The notes under the pieces were generated by a model. That model searched no databases. It was not told the origin of the DNA and saw only the letters and a program-made list of their open reading frames with translations. This document shows positions 11,001-26,000 of a stretch of DNA of 64,000 nucleotides, one piece after another (position 1 is the first letter of the stretch; each line of letters opens with the position of its first letter). The stretch covers positions 682,001 through 746,000 of the forward strand of contig OZ025787.1 in assembly GCA_964019425.1 (NCBI GenBank). Reading direction: 5' to 3'. The position numbers and the translations under genes are program-made. The DNA is from Flectonema sp. DT1601 (taxonomy: Eukaryota).

Positions 11001-14000
11001 AATGCCGACGCAGATGCAATTTCTGGTCGTCTTGTCTTCTGACAGAACTCTAGTTGAAAGGGTTTCAAACTTAGAGATTGTGAGTAATATCAGAACAGAT
11101 CCCGTGGATTTTGTTCCGATCGAGAGATAGAGATTTCCCAAGGACTCATCAACACCGACTGCAGTAACTGTTGTTGTGAGGTGTGAGCCTTTAATTCGTT
11201 TCCAAGAATTGGTGGTAGTCAACTGTTTCTTTAGCTGAGAGCTGTCGAGTCTGTAGACGATGTAATGCTCAGGGTGTAAGATGGATGACAAGATTCTAAT
11301 AAAAAGTATTAAACCATATATTGAATCAGGTGAGCGAATCATCTTCTCAACTTTAACACATTGAACCTCACCAGAGTCACAGATACCGAGTGGCATTTCA
11401 AGTACAATACGATAGGAAGCTTCTACTCGTGTGGGTAAAAAAGTTTTTTGAATAATAAATTCCTTTAAGTGATTCACTCCCACGATAGCAAGAAAAGGAG
11501 CGCTGAGGTCATCATGAACATAAACGGTGTCAATAACAGATGTCAGCGCATTGAAGCTGATTAACTCTTTTTCTAAGCGATCCACATAAAAGCTCCCATC
11601 GTGACTAAGTACAACTTGCCTAACGTGGTATGCTGCAGGTGTACCCTGCCTGCTAGACAAGACCAGGAAGGTGAATTTTTGAAGATTCTCAGAAAAGACC
11701 CACTTGGCTATCGACACAGATACACCAATCTGATTGAATTCCAAGATATCCAACCTGACAACACAGGGGACTGGATAATAATATTCTGGTCTTACAGCAA
11801 CTGTACCATCTGAACATAATGAGCAATCTATGTATGTATTATGAGCTTCACACACCGAGCTGTTTACAAAGCGAACACAGTTCCAAGAAGCGTGCAGGCG
11901 AGAGACAACTACCCCTCGTTCCCCTTTAATAGAGATTATCTCAGTACCTGGTGGGCATTCAATAGCGACACCTCCCTCGTCTGATTGTTTATCACAAGTG
12001 AGTAGTTTATTAAATGGGTAGTCAGGGAAACCGTTGTTTTTTGGAGTCAACTCCATATCCGCAGAGGCGATACTACGAGCAACATATGGTATGCTACCGT
12101 TGACGATATAATAAATATACTTCCCAGAGTGAATTATTCCAACTACTTCACTTCCAAACACCTCCTCATTACGAGTTCGTGCGTGCACTGACCACCTACT
12201 CACATAGTGTGAATCTCTCCACGCCACAGAACTATCGAATGTCTTAGACCACATGTGAATTGGGATCTCAATACTGTCAGCATGTGATACACTAGTACTG
12301 GATAACAATATCTCTCGTTCATCAGCGCTGGGATGTGGTTCGTGGAGAGAACCCGATGTGAGCCGGAAAGCGCTTTCCACAACCCAAAGAAGGGCGCCAC
12401 CATCTCCTTCTCTTGCAGACTCCAACAGTGGTGGACGGGGTGGACTTGCCGAGAATGGGATTGAAATCTTTCGTTCAGTTACTGTTTGTGAGAAGAGACA
12501 ATTTCCATCATTTAAAACATAACCCTCAGAGCATCGATCACACTGAGAACCAGCCCAACCAATATCACACTGACAACTACCCGAGTCATCACAAACACCA
12601 TTTTGATAACAACGGCACTCGTCGATACAGTTGGGGCCCCAATACCTTCGATCACAAGTAGAACAGTTTGTAGAGGAGTCCCAGTAGCCATTAGTTCTGT
12701 CTTGATAACAAAAACATGGAAAACTACTTACAAATAGTAAACACGTACCATGAGAATTACAGAGAACTTCGGCATCACACTCAACACAAACGTCAGAAGC
12801 AGATGCATACGAACCTGCTCCACAAACGCAGTCCTGATTTAAGCAAATACCCCGCCGTTTAACAACACAGTCATGAAAACAATCCAACAGGCATGTGTCT
12901 CCGTAGAAACCATCTTTGCAAATATCACAATTTACACCTGCCCAGTTACTATAACAAGTGTCTGCTATGCAATTTCCACTTTCCCGATCACACGTTCCAT
13001 GCCTACAGCTGCAGTCATCAATGCAACTTGGACCAGACTTTCCCCGATAGCACACGTCACAGTTTTCTCCTGCCCAGTATCCACTCTTATCGAAGTTACA
13101 TTGGCAGTAACCATCCTCTGTACACTTCGCATTTCCCGTGCAAGAACATTCACGCTCGCAGAAGAGGCCAAAAAAGCCTTCAGGACATGCACATTTCTCA
13201 ACCGTATTGTCAACTGTTAAATCATTAGTGCAATGTCCCCTGTTGCAAATGTCGTTTGTACATTCCGTAAGTTTGTATGTCTGACAGTTAGTGTTGGTGG
13301 AAGTGAATCTGGCATCGCATTCGTTGCAAAACTTCCCTCTCCAATATCCCAACTCACTGTTTCCGGCACAGGAACCGTACTTTTGCTGATCACTAAATCT
13401 CCCAAAAGGAAACACCGTTGGAGTTAATTTGTATTCTGAAGTTGAGAAGCCGAGGATCCTAACAATAGTAAAGGCGCTGTTTAGCGGAGTAATGAGTCGA
13501 ACATGTTCACTCCTTTCAGAGCTAACAGATACCCAAGCAGCTTGCAACTGAATCTTATTAGCAGCTTCAGGAGAGAACTTTATTGTACTATACAACTGAG
13601 TGGCAGACAGCTGATAACTATCTTCGAGGGGTTTTATTGAACGCTCCGAAGAAAATATTTCTCCTGAGGTCTGAGCTGCCAAATTGCTAATGGGGCGGGT
13701 GTCTGCAGTCTTTGTCATCCTGATGGTGAGTCTTGGAGTATAATTATTGTTACCGACAGTCCTGGAGCCAGCATCTCCCACTCCGAGTCGCCTGCACCCA
13801 GACAGTTTAGAGCATTTTTCTTTCCATTCAGGAGAATACTCGCGTGGATAGAGTAATGTCATACAGCTGGGGGCAGCTTGCATCGGGATCGCAACCTCTC
13901 GCAGCGCGAGTGTTACTGTGAGTGCTTTGCTGCCTGCTATAGATGTAAAGAAACTAGTTACATCTAATATACGTTTGTTCCCAGAAACACTTGGAGTGTT

Positions 14001-17000
14001 GGTAGTGTATTCGGTTATTTTTGTCCAAATCAACCCCTCCGCTTTTGAAGCCGTTAGAGCTTCTTCCGGTTGGATTTCACTTTCGCCCTGCAAGTGGTAA
14101 AGTGCGACTGTGGTCGAACATGTCATCTGATCTCCTCCGGTTGCCTCAAAAACTTCAAAATGAATTTCAGACACCTCCTGCGGTATCGTCAAATCCCTCC
14201 ATTGAAATACCCCAGCACTTCCTTTAGATATTCTGTATGGAGAGAATCCACGTCCACAACATGAAACTGGTCGATTATCATGAGTGCAGAGTTGTCCCAG
14301 GCAATCTGTTACATCGGGTAGGCTATGATCAAATGAAAGAGATGTATCAGCTGATAACAGGATCACAGATACTTCATTTGTGTGATGCGTATCACAAGCA
14401 TCTCCGCCAGTGTGGAGGGGACACTTGCACTTCCCAGATCCGAATAGCCCATCATCACAAAGGAAGCCTGAGCAGATTTGATTTAAGGAATTCGCAGGAC
14501 ATCTTATGTTACATTTATGTCCGTAGTATCCGGGTTTACAATTTTCACAAAGTTTGCGAGGCGGCACAGTTTGCTCGTTCCATATGAACATCGTTTTCGG
14601 CCACGTAGATCTAAAGCCAAAGCCACCAGACTCATACCACTCTGAGCTATCGCGAGGGTCAGTCAGCTGCCAAATACTGTGATAGCCAGAGTACCACCAA
14701 CCGTTGGGTTGTGACCACTGCTGTGTAAGTGAATACTTGAGTAACCCCGTATAAGTTGTTATTGGATACTCAGCAGCACAACGCAAACACCCTCTGGGTT
14801 GCTCTACAACTGCACTCAGCTGACATTCAGCATCTCCTTCAGCACAGACATATCCAGCAGTGAACTTTCTATTTATATCACTAGGCCACTTTAGGCCCTG
14901 AAATGACTTGACGTTAAACGATTCACTTCGGCAACATTGCACTTGTGGTACTCCCATTCCACTGATGCTGCTCACAGATTGCAGCGATTTCATCACCCCA
15001 TTCGATAAGTCAATCTGGTGTAGGTATCTCTTGCAACCTTGAAACGCTGGGATGTTAATTCCTGTCAAAACTTTTAAAATTGTTCCACCGGCAGTCTGAA
15101 CATCTTGGATCCTGCCTGGTGGGTAGCAACTTGACTCGGAATCAAGTCTCAAGGCATTCTCTGTTTCAGTAACATCGTAACTGTAGAAGAGGAATAAACC
15201 TTTTTGTTCCCAAGAAGTCAGATCATATATTCCTGAGACATTCCACGTTGAAGTCTTCGAACTTCTCACATCATAGTGGACTAAAACTTGTTTTTCTGAT
15301 TCTCCGTACTGAGGGACTGGGTAGGGTTCACCAGAAGACGTCTTTCGCTTAACATGAAAACCGTAATTAGTAATACCTGAGCGGTGCATGACTGTGAACA
15401 GCCCATAGCTAACAGGTATGGTCCAAATCGGGTCCCGCAAGTCGGCAGTTTGTTTTGAATTAAATAGTTTCGTCACAATTGTTGTCGGCAGACCACTCCA
15501 CTCGTAAAGCACAACAGATCCTCTCTTGTCGGAAATGCATTCGAACGATTTCTGATAATCGTACTTTCGTCCTGGGCAATCCTGCTCTAAACAAAACTCA
15601 TCGTCTAAGAACGTATCATCCCCAAGTGGCATGATTAATTTATTGTTAGCAACAACAGGTTTTGAAAACCCTTTGTTGAGAGGCGGTATAAACGGCTTGA
15701 GCTGACGCACTCCATTAACAGATTCAAAAAGTTTCACATTCTCGACCTGATTCGAAGCAATCCTCCACGAGTACAGCTGCATTCCAATTTTGCCGTTTCC
15801 GTAGTAGAAATAAACAAAGTCCTTTAACCTCACAAAACCAGGATGTCCCTGTACGTGTGAACACATGTCGGGAACTGTACCTTCTGACTTGACAAGCTGG
15901 GTTGCGATTGCTGGTGCTTGAAGGTCAACCATCCAAATTCCGAGGTTTGCTGCAACGAGATGCCTTCGACCAGGTTTCTTACCAGCGTACCCAACAGAGT
16001 CAGGGGAGAACTGACCGTCCGGATAGACGTCTAACTTTTCCTCTGCCATCATCAAGAGCCACCTGTTAGCCACTAAGGTCACGTAGTGAGGGAATATCAC
16101 GTTCGCTGCAACAACTGCTGGTTGTCCTGTCGGGACATTATTTAATCCCGCAGCTAAGAAATACCTCCAAAGCTGTGGGACTGCTGTCGATTTGACAACT
16201 CCAGACGGGTCACCTCCTCCGGAAACTGCCGCAAACAGTAACATCTCACTGTGGTACTCCGACGCAAAGTTCGGAACTGCTTGCAATTCTTTGGCGCGGG
16301 TATAGACTCGCAAACCTGTCAGCGATTCCGTAGAATCTTTTGAGGGGTAAGTCGAGGATCCCAGCGGGTTGTTAATTTCAAAAGTGCGCTCAGAATATGA
16401 AAAGTCAGTAGTTTTGTATAAGATCTCACGAGATCCCTGAAATATCTCATCAACACCTCCCCAGATAGAACCACAAGGAGCTGCTGATCCTGATTGAGAA
16501 CTCCAGTCAGTTGTGGCTAAGAAGTAGAGTAAGCTTCCTACTTGAACGTAATCCGAGGGGTCTTGAAAAGCTGTTTCAGAATTGTAATCACATCCTGGGG
16601 TTGGATCTCTGGGACCCTTAGAAGGTCGATATCTCTTCGTATCCTTCCAAGACGATACCTCACTGGGAGTATCTGTAGAACGCATTACAAAGTACGGTTG
16701 GCCATCCTGAATAAGTGACATTTCCCTGTCTTCACTTGCAGTGTACAACAAAGAGGGTTTTGATGGAGCATCTCGCTCCAGTATTAGTTCCGCATTGGAT
16801 ACGTCCCCAGGGAGGGGGACAGTACCTAGAGTGTTGGATTCAAATGTGACTGCGAAGGAAAGATCGAATGGACTACTTTGCAAATTAGCTGCAAAACTAT
16901 TAATAAAATCTGTAATGTCAACAGTGACAACTCCAACATCTGAGAAGCTGCTTGCCACGCCAGCTGGCTTAAAAAATCTACGGGAGTCGCGTGTCCATCC

Positions 17001-20000
17001 GAACACTGATTCGTAGTCAACTCTTAACTTTTTATTATACTGACTGTCTTCCCAGTCGTATTGTAGAACAACATTACTAACACAGATGTGATCATTACAT
17101 ATTCGGGACTCTGACTTATCATTCTTATGTTGAATGTGAACACATTCACAAGTATTCTCTACAGACTTATGTAGTCCCTGTCCACATGTTTCCCCAGGTT
17201 GCAGTTCGATACCACAAACCTGAACCCTTCCATCACTCCGTGATAGGATGCATGCTCCCCTCGCACAGACATATCCGACACTGCATTGACACTTTAGTGT
17301 CGCAGTGTTCCATACTGAATTCACTACACAGTTAGATGACACTGTCTTCACGTTAAATGCTTCACAAGGAGTGCGATCAGACAACACTGCAGCAACTTCT
17401 ATATCTTCCGCATCAGTGGGTTGTGTTGCATATAAAACTAGTTTCTGAGATTCAGACACAACTCCCGAAAGGATTCCATCGATTCTTATTAAAGCACGAC
17501 GGGTCTTACCGAGGACAGGAATTCCTTTCCATTTCAGCCACGCGTTCTGATATATTTCAGACTTCACACTGCAAGGGTGAAACACTCCAGATGGGTTAGT
17601 GTATAGGCATTCCTGAGCTCCAAAGATGTCTGCGCCTCCCATGAAATTACACTCACCAGCGCAGCTGGGATCTGAAGGGTCACACGAACTCGAAGTGCAA
17701 AACGAATTCGAGTGTTCCCAGTAACCACGTTGTGGGTCTGATGAACAACTACTACATTGCAAAGGAAGAACAGCATCACATAACCCGTGACCGTTACAAC
17801 AGGAAGTACTGCAGTCAGAACTTGAATAGCCAGGATAGCACAGACAAGAAGTTTCAAAACTTTCATTTATAATACATTCACCTCTTCCATTACAAGGAAC
17901 CCTTAGACTTCCTGACTCGAGTTGACTACCCTCATCCTGACCAGGACATGATTTAAAAGCGACAAGGACATCAGAGTCACCTGACAGACTAACTATTTCT
18001 GCATCAAAAATCGTCTCTCCCAACGTGTTGAAAGCGTAAAATGTCTGCCCGCCAGTCTCTACCTTACTCGAAGATATTTCAATCGCGGTTCCGAGTGAGA
18101 ACTGCTTACACTCTTGTCCAGTGAATCCTGGCTTGCAGACTTGGCAATTTGACCCAGTTCGTTGATCGTAATAGCCGAGTTCTTCAGAAGCGTGGCAGTC
18201 ACATTTCGTAGGTTTCTCGTAGAGTGATGTAAACTGTTGATTCGTATGTTCTGTACATAAAGCATCTCCAGCACAACAAAGACCATTTCCATGACAACAA
18301 GGTTGGAACATGTTAACAGAAACCTTAAGTCTTGCATGATTCCGTACAGTTACTGAGAGTGATATCCAATTCTTGTTAGGACCGACGTGCAGTGTGCAGG
18401 TAGTTGATAACGATGTCACATTGCATATTTTATTACACTCATTGAAGTCGTCTGCTTCGAGAGAACTTTCTGGACAGGTTGCCGTCGTGACGTGAATTGC
18501 TTCCGATGTATCAGAAAGTCCAGTTTTTACATGAATGAATTTAAGGCGGTACCATCCTTGATGTGATATTCCAACAGAATTAATATTTATATCAGATACT
18601 CTCTCAGATATTATCGTTCCGTGGAGATGTCCGATAGGAGTCGCATCGCTATCAATGCAGTCATTCTCGTCAAGGAAGTAATCTTTAAAATTGCGTTCAT
18701 TCCCACCAAGCACTAATTCTTCAAGAAGGCTCCGCGCTTCTAACTGCTCTGCTGTTAGTGGAGTACTACACTTCTCAAGTCTGACGGATATGTAGTCGTT
18801 GCTCAGTACAACTTTTCTTCCGTGAACGTCTCTCATTTCTAAAGTGTACTTCAGAGTGTTGATATCAGAAGTCGGAACACTCATGGATTTGTTGTGGCCA
18901 GAGAGGATTTTGAATGAGTGCGGCATTGATAGCGACTCGGCACCTGGCAAGTCATCCCGAAGGACTGACGATATTAGAACTTCCTCCTGTAGTAGTTGGC
19001 CACTTATTACAGTCTGAGTAATAACCATATATTCAGAGAAGAATAATGTCGGATAGTTTGCAAAGTGTTCTCCAAACTGAGAAGGGTTAGCCACACCCAC
19101 AAGCTTTCCAGCATTTGTGAAATTAAAGCTCTCCGACATTGAAACAGAAGACATGATATCGTTGACGTATAATACTTTCCACCAATCAGGTCTGGGGTAG
19201 TGACTCGGGTACTCAAAGGTATCCTTGTGCTGTTGTTTAATAGCGTCCAGTATCTCAATTCCGCATTGACACCCTTCTGTTTCGGCAGCAGGAACACCAC
19301 CACAACAATACCAAATGTAGTTGGGAAACTTTCTTATTTCATTTCGAGAGAAGAGGTACAAAGCTATTGAATCTTCCTCAACAACCATCGCATCCCAAGA
19401 ATTGTCATCGAGACATCCGGAAGCAGCTTTCAATCCATGAGCAGCTCCACATAATGATGTCGGATCATAGACAAATCCAGCGTGAAGAGAATTCACTCTC
19501 TTCAACCCAAGGAATGATGGCAAGTCATAGTTCTTCGGGATCGCTGGAACTCCGAGTAGGTTGGAGAAATCAGCAGACAGCGTCTCGTCGAAGATCATCG
19601 GGTTTCCACTGGCGGTACAAATCCGCTTATTGTCAGGCGGGTCACCGAAGCTCTTTGAAATTATTAAAAAGTGACGTCCGCGAGACGTCCCTTCAGAGGC
19701 ATCCCTGGGATCTCTGATGTAAAGAACTGATGAGAAGTCTTCTGAAAACATGGGACCAAATATGGCTCTGCAATGAGACAGTTTGTACGATTCAAAATAT
19801 GAAGCAATTGTAGTTTGGCACGCTAAGGAAAATGCCGACCCACGAAACTCATAAACAAACATCAAAGCGCCACGCAGTACATGCAGGTAAACATGTTGAG
19901 ATTGAAGTATCCGAGTACACGAAACAGGAGAAGGAGTTGGAGGATATCCATAGTACACTGTGTCTATAGAATTAGGACTGAGTGGAATATCTGAATCTTG

Positions 20001-23000
20001 AATACTATTAACACCATCAGTGGCTCCAAGAGAGTCTTTAGCAGTAATTGTGAATGACTCGATGTCGGATGAACTCTCTATCTGAATTGTTACCTCAGAA
20101 GGTCCTGAAGCTGCCCACGGAGGTGGAGTGTACTGAAGATTGGTTACGGGAAGCAGCACCTCATAGTGGTGACTTAGTGGGGCAAAGGTTTCATTGCAAA
20201 ATTGACCAAAATATCTCGCTTCAGTTTGTGGACAAATATCACAAGTCCTACCTGTCCATTCACCCAGACAGTCACAACTATTACCAGAAATGCTGAGGTG
20301 ACCTTGGGCGACACCACCAGAGTTTATTTTACACTCTAAAGTACAACTATTTTCAGAACCAGGCTTTGGATGAGGGAATCTCCCTTCAGCACAAAGTCGG
20401 CAATCTATCGCACCATCGAGGTTGACTCCTCCAAAGCCGGGGTCACACTGGCAGGAGTCTGAAGGAATTGTTTTTCCTTCTAATTCACTGAGCCAGGGTT
20501 CTTGAAGAACACAGCTTCCGTGAGTATTGCCATCCACACCAATGCCGGAACAGGTGTCAGGACACTCTTTCCTCGGGTAGCAAACTCTAAGAGAAACACT
20601 ATTCTGTTCATGAGGACCAGCTTCTAATGAAATAGAAAACGACCCGCAAGCGTTCAAAATAGAAGTTTCATCACCATCACCTTCAAATACTGACCTGTAG
20701 TGATACTCTGAGCTGTTGGCAGAGCGATCCATGTTTGGAGTTCTTCCAATCATGATGCCCATTCGAATAGAACCCTTGGCAGCTATCTTCTCAACTAAAA
20801 TAGTTTTCGGTCGACCGTCTGAGATTTCCGGAACATTCTCACCAGTGGTAGCAACTGCACTGAGTGAGATTGTTTTTACTTCGTAAGGTTTCAACTCGAT
20901 TTCCAAGTGATCACAATACGAGGACAACACCTCCTCAAATCCTAACGTTTCCCGATTAAAGAGATACTGAGTGTCAAAATCACTAGTACACGGAAGCTGC
21001 GCACAGGGATCACACAATGCAAGTTGACCAGCATCATCGAAGTTTATAGGCATTAAACATTTATCACCAGAGACAGCTTTGCAAAGTGGATCAGGGACAG
21101 ATCTTCCTAATTCTATTGTTGTCGAGTACTCAATAGAGCGAACCCTCGGACGGAGTGATGAAAAAGCTGTTGCTGATATTGGTAACTTTGTAACGTAATC
21201 TTGAAACAGGGAGAGGGCCTCAGAAGCCGCATCAAAATCCATTTCAAACCGAACTTCAAATAGAGACCCCCCGTCTTCAGTACCCGTGATGGTGTCTCCC
21301 AAGTCTGCTCCAATCACATCAAAATCAATTTCGTTATATCCTCGGCATTCGCGTAGTGGTGTTTGGTCATCTTGTCGGAAGCAGGCCTTCCATATTCTCA
21401 TTGTGGCATCTCCGAAGGGATTGTGTAGCAACTTTTGAGTAATCAAAATATCCTGCAGGGAATCTCTTATACTACGAAGTGTATTCACTCCATTCATCGA
21501 TACGACTGAGTAAAGGTTTCGAATCATCGAATTCAGAGACGGAGCACTAATGTCGAATCGAAAACCAATGACAAGGTCCACTCTGACTCCAATCTTTTTC
21601 TTACAAACACAGGGATTCCGTACACTGCAGGTTTGAGTCGCCGCTCGGATGCATACCGTACCCGTGTCTACGCAGGTTTCTGGACACGATCCAGTCTGGT
21701 AAGAGTCACATGAAATATCAGATTTCTGATACCAAACTTTCACTGTAGACATATCAATACTACAATGTGGATATGGATTTATTCCTTGATATCTTCCAGC
21801 GTAGTACTCTAAAGGAGAATCACCAAGTGAATATCCCTTAAGGAGACAGACTGCGTGTCTGCACTCCGCCTCAGATGTGACATCGTCTGCTGCTAAGTGT
21901 GGAACCCTAGAAATTCCAAAAGGTGGAGATCCGACTTCGTAGTTCGGGTACCCAGTCAGAGATCCACATCGAGCACCGCTCGTACTCAAGAAATAAACAT
22001 CATCTTGAAAAAGAGAAGTTTTACAGCTCCGGGTAACTGTGACCAGTGGTCCCAGAGGTCTTTTGCACAGGCAGTAGTGTCCTGACTGAGCTCCTACTAT
22101 GCAAGACTTACTGCTCTCAGCGATTAGAGATGCTGTTGTGAATACATTTGACTGGTACGATGCAATACAACCTCTCGGGTAGTCAGCAAGTCTGGGAAAG
22201 TTTGATAAGATCCATTCTACATCTGAGGTTTGACAAAGTGCTTTCTTACATTCCTCTGATTTAGTGATAGTAATAAATCCAACAGATTCACAAGACGGGT
22301 AATCAGACATGATGACGTAGTCGTAAGTAGATGGAAGTTCTGAATGGTCTTCAATAAATCCAGATACACTCTCTTCGAATGATGGACTCGCTAATAAATT
22401 ACACACTGGCATGAAAGGAGGTTTTGATTCACAAGTAGATACACAAGGAAGTCCTTCGTGTTCACAAATACCTCCACTACTCAGCTCACACTGTTGAACT
22501 TCCAGCAGTGTCTGCTCTCCGTCTGCTGAAATCGTAAATTTACAAGAATCTAATGAACAGGAGTCCGCAACACTACAAGGTTCATATCTGTAATTCCAAC
22601 AGGCAGTTGAATAATCTCCATTGTGAAGTGATGAGGTAATTGGATTGATACTCGCACCCCTTTCAATTCTGGTGTACGTTATCTCACCCTCTGGGGGAAG
22701 AGTTGTTGTCTTTGAATCTGTTACAATTCGACACCATGGGAAGTGATACTCTAATCCAATAATTCCACACTTAGTCTTTCCATGTTTTGTACCATAAGCT
22801 CTACACTGTTCTTCAGACGTGACAGTTATCTCAAATACGGATTGTGTTCGTCCATTACTATCAACACATCTACCAGTTCCAATATAAGAACCAACTACAA
22901 TATTTCCATCCATTAACGGACCAGGTGTTGGGGCTGGTGTTGGGACAGGTGTTGGAGGATCTTTAAGACAGAGTCCTTTATCTTCGTCTTCTCCTCGACA

Positions 23001-26000
23001 GGTTCCAACTCTAAAGTTGAGGTTATTAGTGCAAACGCAGATATCATGATGTAGGAATGGAGAAGAATAAACTTCAATATTAGTATCTGTTGTAACCGAA
23101 GCACAGATACCTCCAATTGGTGGATGGTCACACCAACCTCTACGAGCCATTAACCAACATCTGTAGACTGAGTCAGGACAGACCACTTCGTGGATATCTT
23201 CAGGCTCATCAATGCATCGACAGCCACATGTAAACTCACCATTTATCAGATTATCAGTTTCCTTACAAAGGACACCTTCAGCACATGGTTTCAAACTGCA
23301 GTCAGTAGGACAACTGTTACACAATATAGGACACTTCTCATCAGCTGTGACTCCCGCAGGGAATGTGAGGAACTCTGAGCTACCCCACGCTCTACTTAAG
23401 TCTGTTCCAGTCCCACATAATGGAGTAAATTCATCGAGGCATCTCTTATCATCTGTACACTCATAAGAGACGCATGGAGGGTACAAACAGTCGATTGTTT
23501 TTGTGGAAACTGCATAGTCCTGACACTTGGTTCCAAATGAGATTGCTTTTGCCGTAGTTGGCGGGCAAGTTGCAAAACAACTCTCACCGGCAGACAAACA
23601 CTCTTCTGTACAGAGTGAGAATATCGCACTCTGATCATTGAAAGGCAGGGGTATCTCACCCAGACAATTACTTAATGTCGTAGGTTTGTGCAACGAGCAG
23701 CATCGACTGGCGTCTGCAGAAACGTAGTCTGCACAGTTCTGAGCTGATTCTTGTTGTAATTGACACTGACTGAAAGCATTGTTCTGAATTCTAATTCTCA
23801 TTAATGGTCTCTGACGAGACTTTCCATACCCCGCTTCGCTTGAAGTACACCAATTACATGTACCTGCACACAACGTGTTGTGATAGTTGTAGAAAACAGT
23901 CTCTGTTAAAGTTGTTGTTGCGAGAACTGGGACATTACTTGGAAGGTCTAAAGAGGTATCTCTGTTAAGACAGATTTTGACTATTAAATTTAAGTTCCCA
24001 TCCCAGCGAACAGGAGAGTAGAGTTCCAACTCCGTCCAGTGGTTCCCGGGACTGATCGTAAAATCATTTTGGATAGTAGTCGTAACAAACTTTATATCAT
24101 CTTCTGGAATAGGATTTATTGATCTGATTTGATCTGTTGATGTCCAGCCGATTGTAATTGTGTAGTTTGTTATAACTCTTTTAGATACCAAATTAGTTAC
24201 ATAAAATCCAATAGAAGTTATCTCTTCTCCAGACTTGAGACCTGCTAAGATAAGATCTTCTTTCGCCATTACAATCTGCATAAGCTGCTTGTCGGTTGAG
24301 AGGGCGAATGGCGAGACAACAGAACTCGAGAGCGCTTCCGAAGACGCATTCGTTCCCTGCAGAACTGCATATTTGCTCACCCTCTGTGGCGGGCAGTAGT
24401 ATCCAGCTGATTTGCATTCCGAAGGGCAAAGAGAATACATTGTGTCGGTTGCTAGCAGTGAGTCAGGGAATACACCCATACAGTTTTTAAGCTGACCATC
24501 AACTCTGCAACAACTCTCAGGAGATGCGTCAACGAACTGTTGACAAGTCAGCTGTGATCCCAACACATTAAACCAGTTACACTTTTCATAGCTACTCGGA
24601 CACGTAAGCCCGAAACTGTCACAAGCATCTTGACACAAAAAGAAAAGTGAAGAATGTGATTCCCAGGAGTGGCTTCCCTGACAGTCACTCAGTTTCTTTG
24701 TACAGCACAACTGCGGATCAGACTGAAGGTACTTCAGACATGTGAGGGTCGGATCACTAGTATGCTCTCCGTCAATGTCACACTTCTGAAAATCGCTCAG
24801 TAAATTAATTGAACTCCCACAAGGGGGGCTTTCACACTTAATTGACTGACCGCTACACGCGGAATGTGTGTTTGTAAGTAGTGGGTCTTCTGTACAACAC
24901 CAATGACCTGAATAGTAGTTGTGAGGGTAATCACCAGGGCATTCTCCTACAGTGGTAGCAGCTCCATAAGCATCCTGGTTGCTGCAACCGACGGTATCAA
25001 AATTGTCCGAAATCCGAGTTGCCCGAACTGAACACCAGCCTGCTGTTCCTGTGAGGATAGTTCTTTCCGAGTTTACCGTTAAAACAGATAAAGTGCTGAG
25101 CACAGGTGTGCCTACTTCAAGTCCATCCCAGTGGATAGACAGCGGGTTAGTTAAACCAAATAATTGTGAGAAGGTACCATCAGATGTGACTACTGATCCA
25201 TACTTTGTAATAGTTATAACTTTAGAAGTCTGCTGTTGGCAATTAGAAAAGGAGACTACGAAGTCTCCCGCAACATGACACCAAGCCGGCTTCACTAAAC
25301 AAACATTAGAATGAGAATCCCAATGGCAATCAGATATTAAGTTACAAGGTGATTCAGACAACGTATCCGGACAGGAAATCACTTCGCAACAGGTCGACGT
25401 GTCACACCCATTTTCTAGACACGTAACGCCAGCTTTCGAAGTCGATACTGGTTTTATAAAACAAACTTTTTCACTGGCAGTAGTTCTCTTCATCAACTCA
25501 GGCACTGCTGGCTCTCCAGGAGTCACCGTAATGGGAACAGACACAAAATGAGACCTTTCATTTCCATTGTTGTTGTAAATGGTGCAGGAGAGTGCTGCCA
25601 TGAAGTCGACTTCGAACGCTACACAACCGCCGTCCATTTGGCAATAATCCAGACATTCAGCAATACGACCAGGCTTTCCAACTGAAGATAAAGTAATCGA
25701 ATAATGTGAGACAACTCCATCGACTGAGGAAGTACAGCCTCCATCCTCAGACACGAAATTCCGAGCAATTGGAGCCGCGATTGGACAGCCTGCGAAGCTG
25801 TCGCAAGTTCGACAGCACATCTTCGCACTGCAAACACCATTTGGACAGCTGATTGAGAAAGGATTCAGAAATGGAGAGCAGCCTGCTGCTGTTGTGTCAA
25901 AGTCAGAACAAGTGATGGGATCACCAACACATAACCCGAATAGGCAACGATCATTCTTAGTTGCTGAGTTTTGATCATCACATGCGATATTAGAATCTCT

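Noticed and set aside
19300..19980. Possible hemopexin-like repeats (IDTVYYG; WDAMVV...LYLFS)
   Set aside because: The resemblance is too weak to call by eye and needs a profile search.
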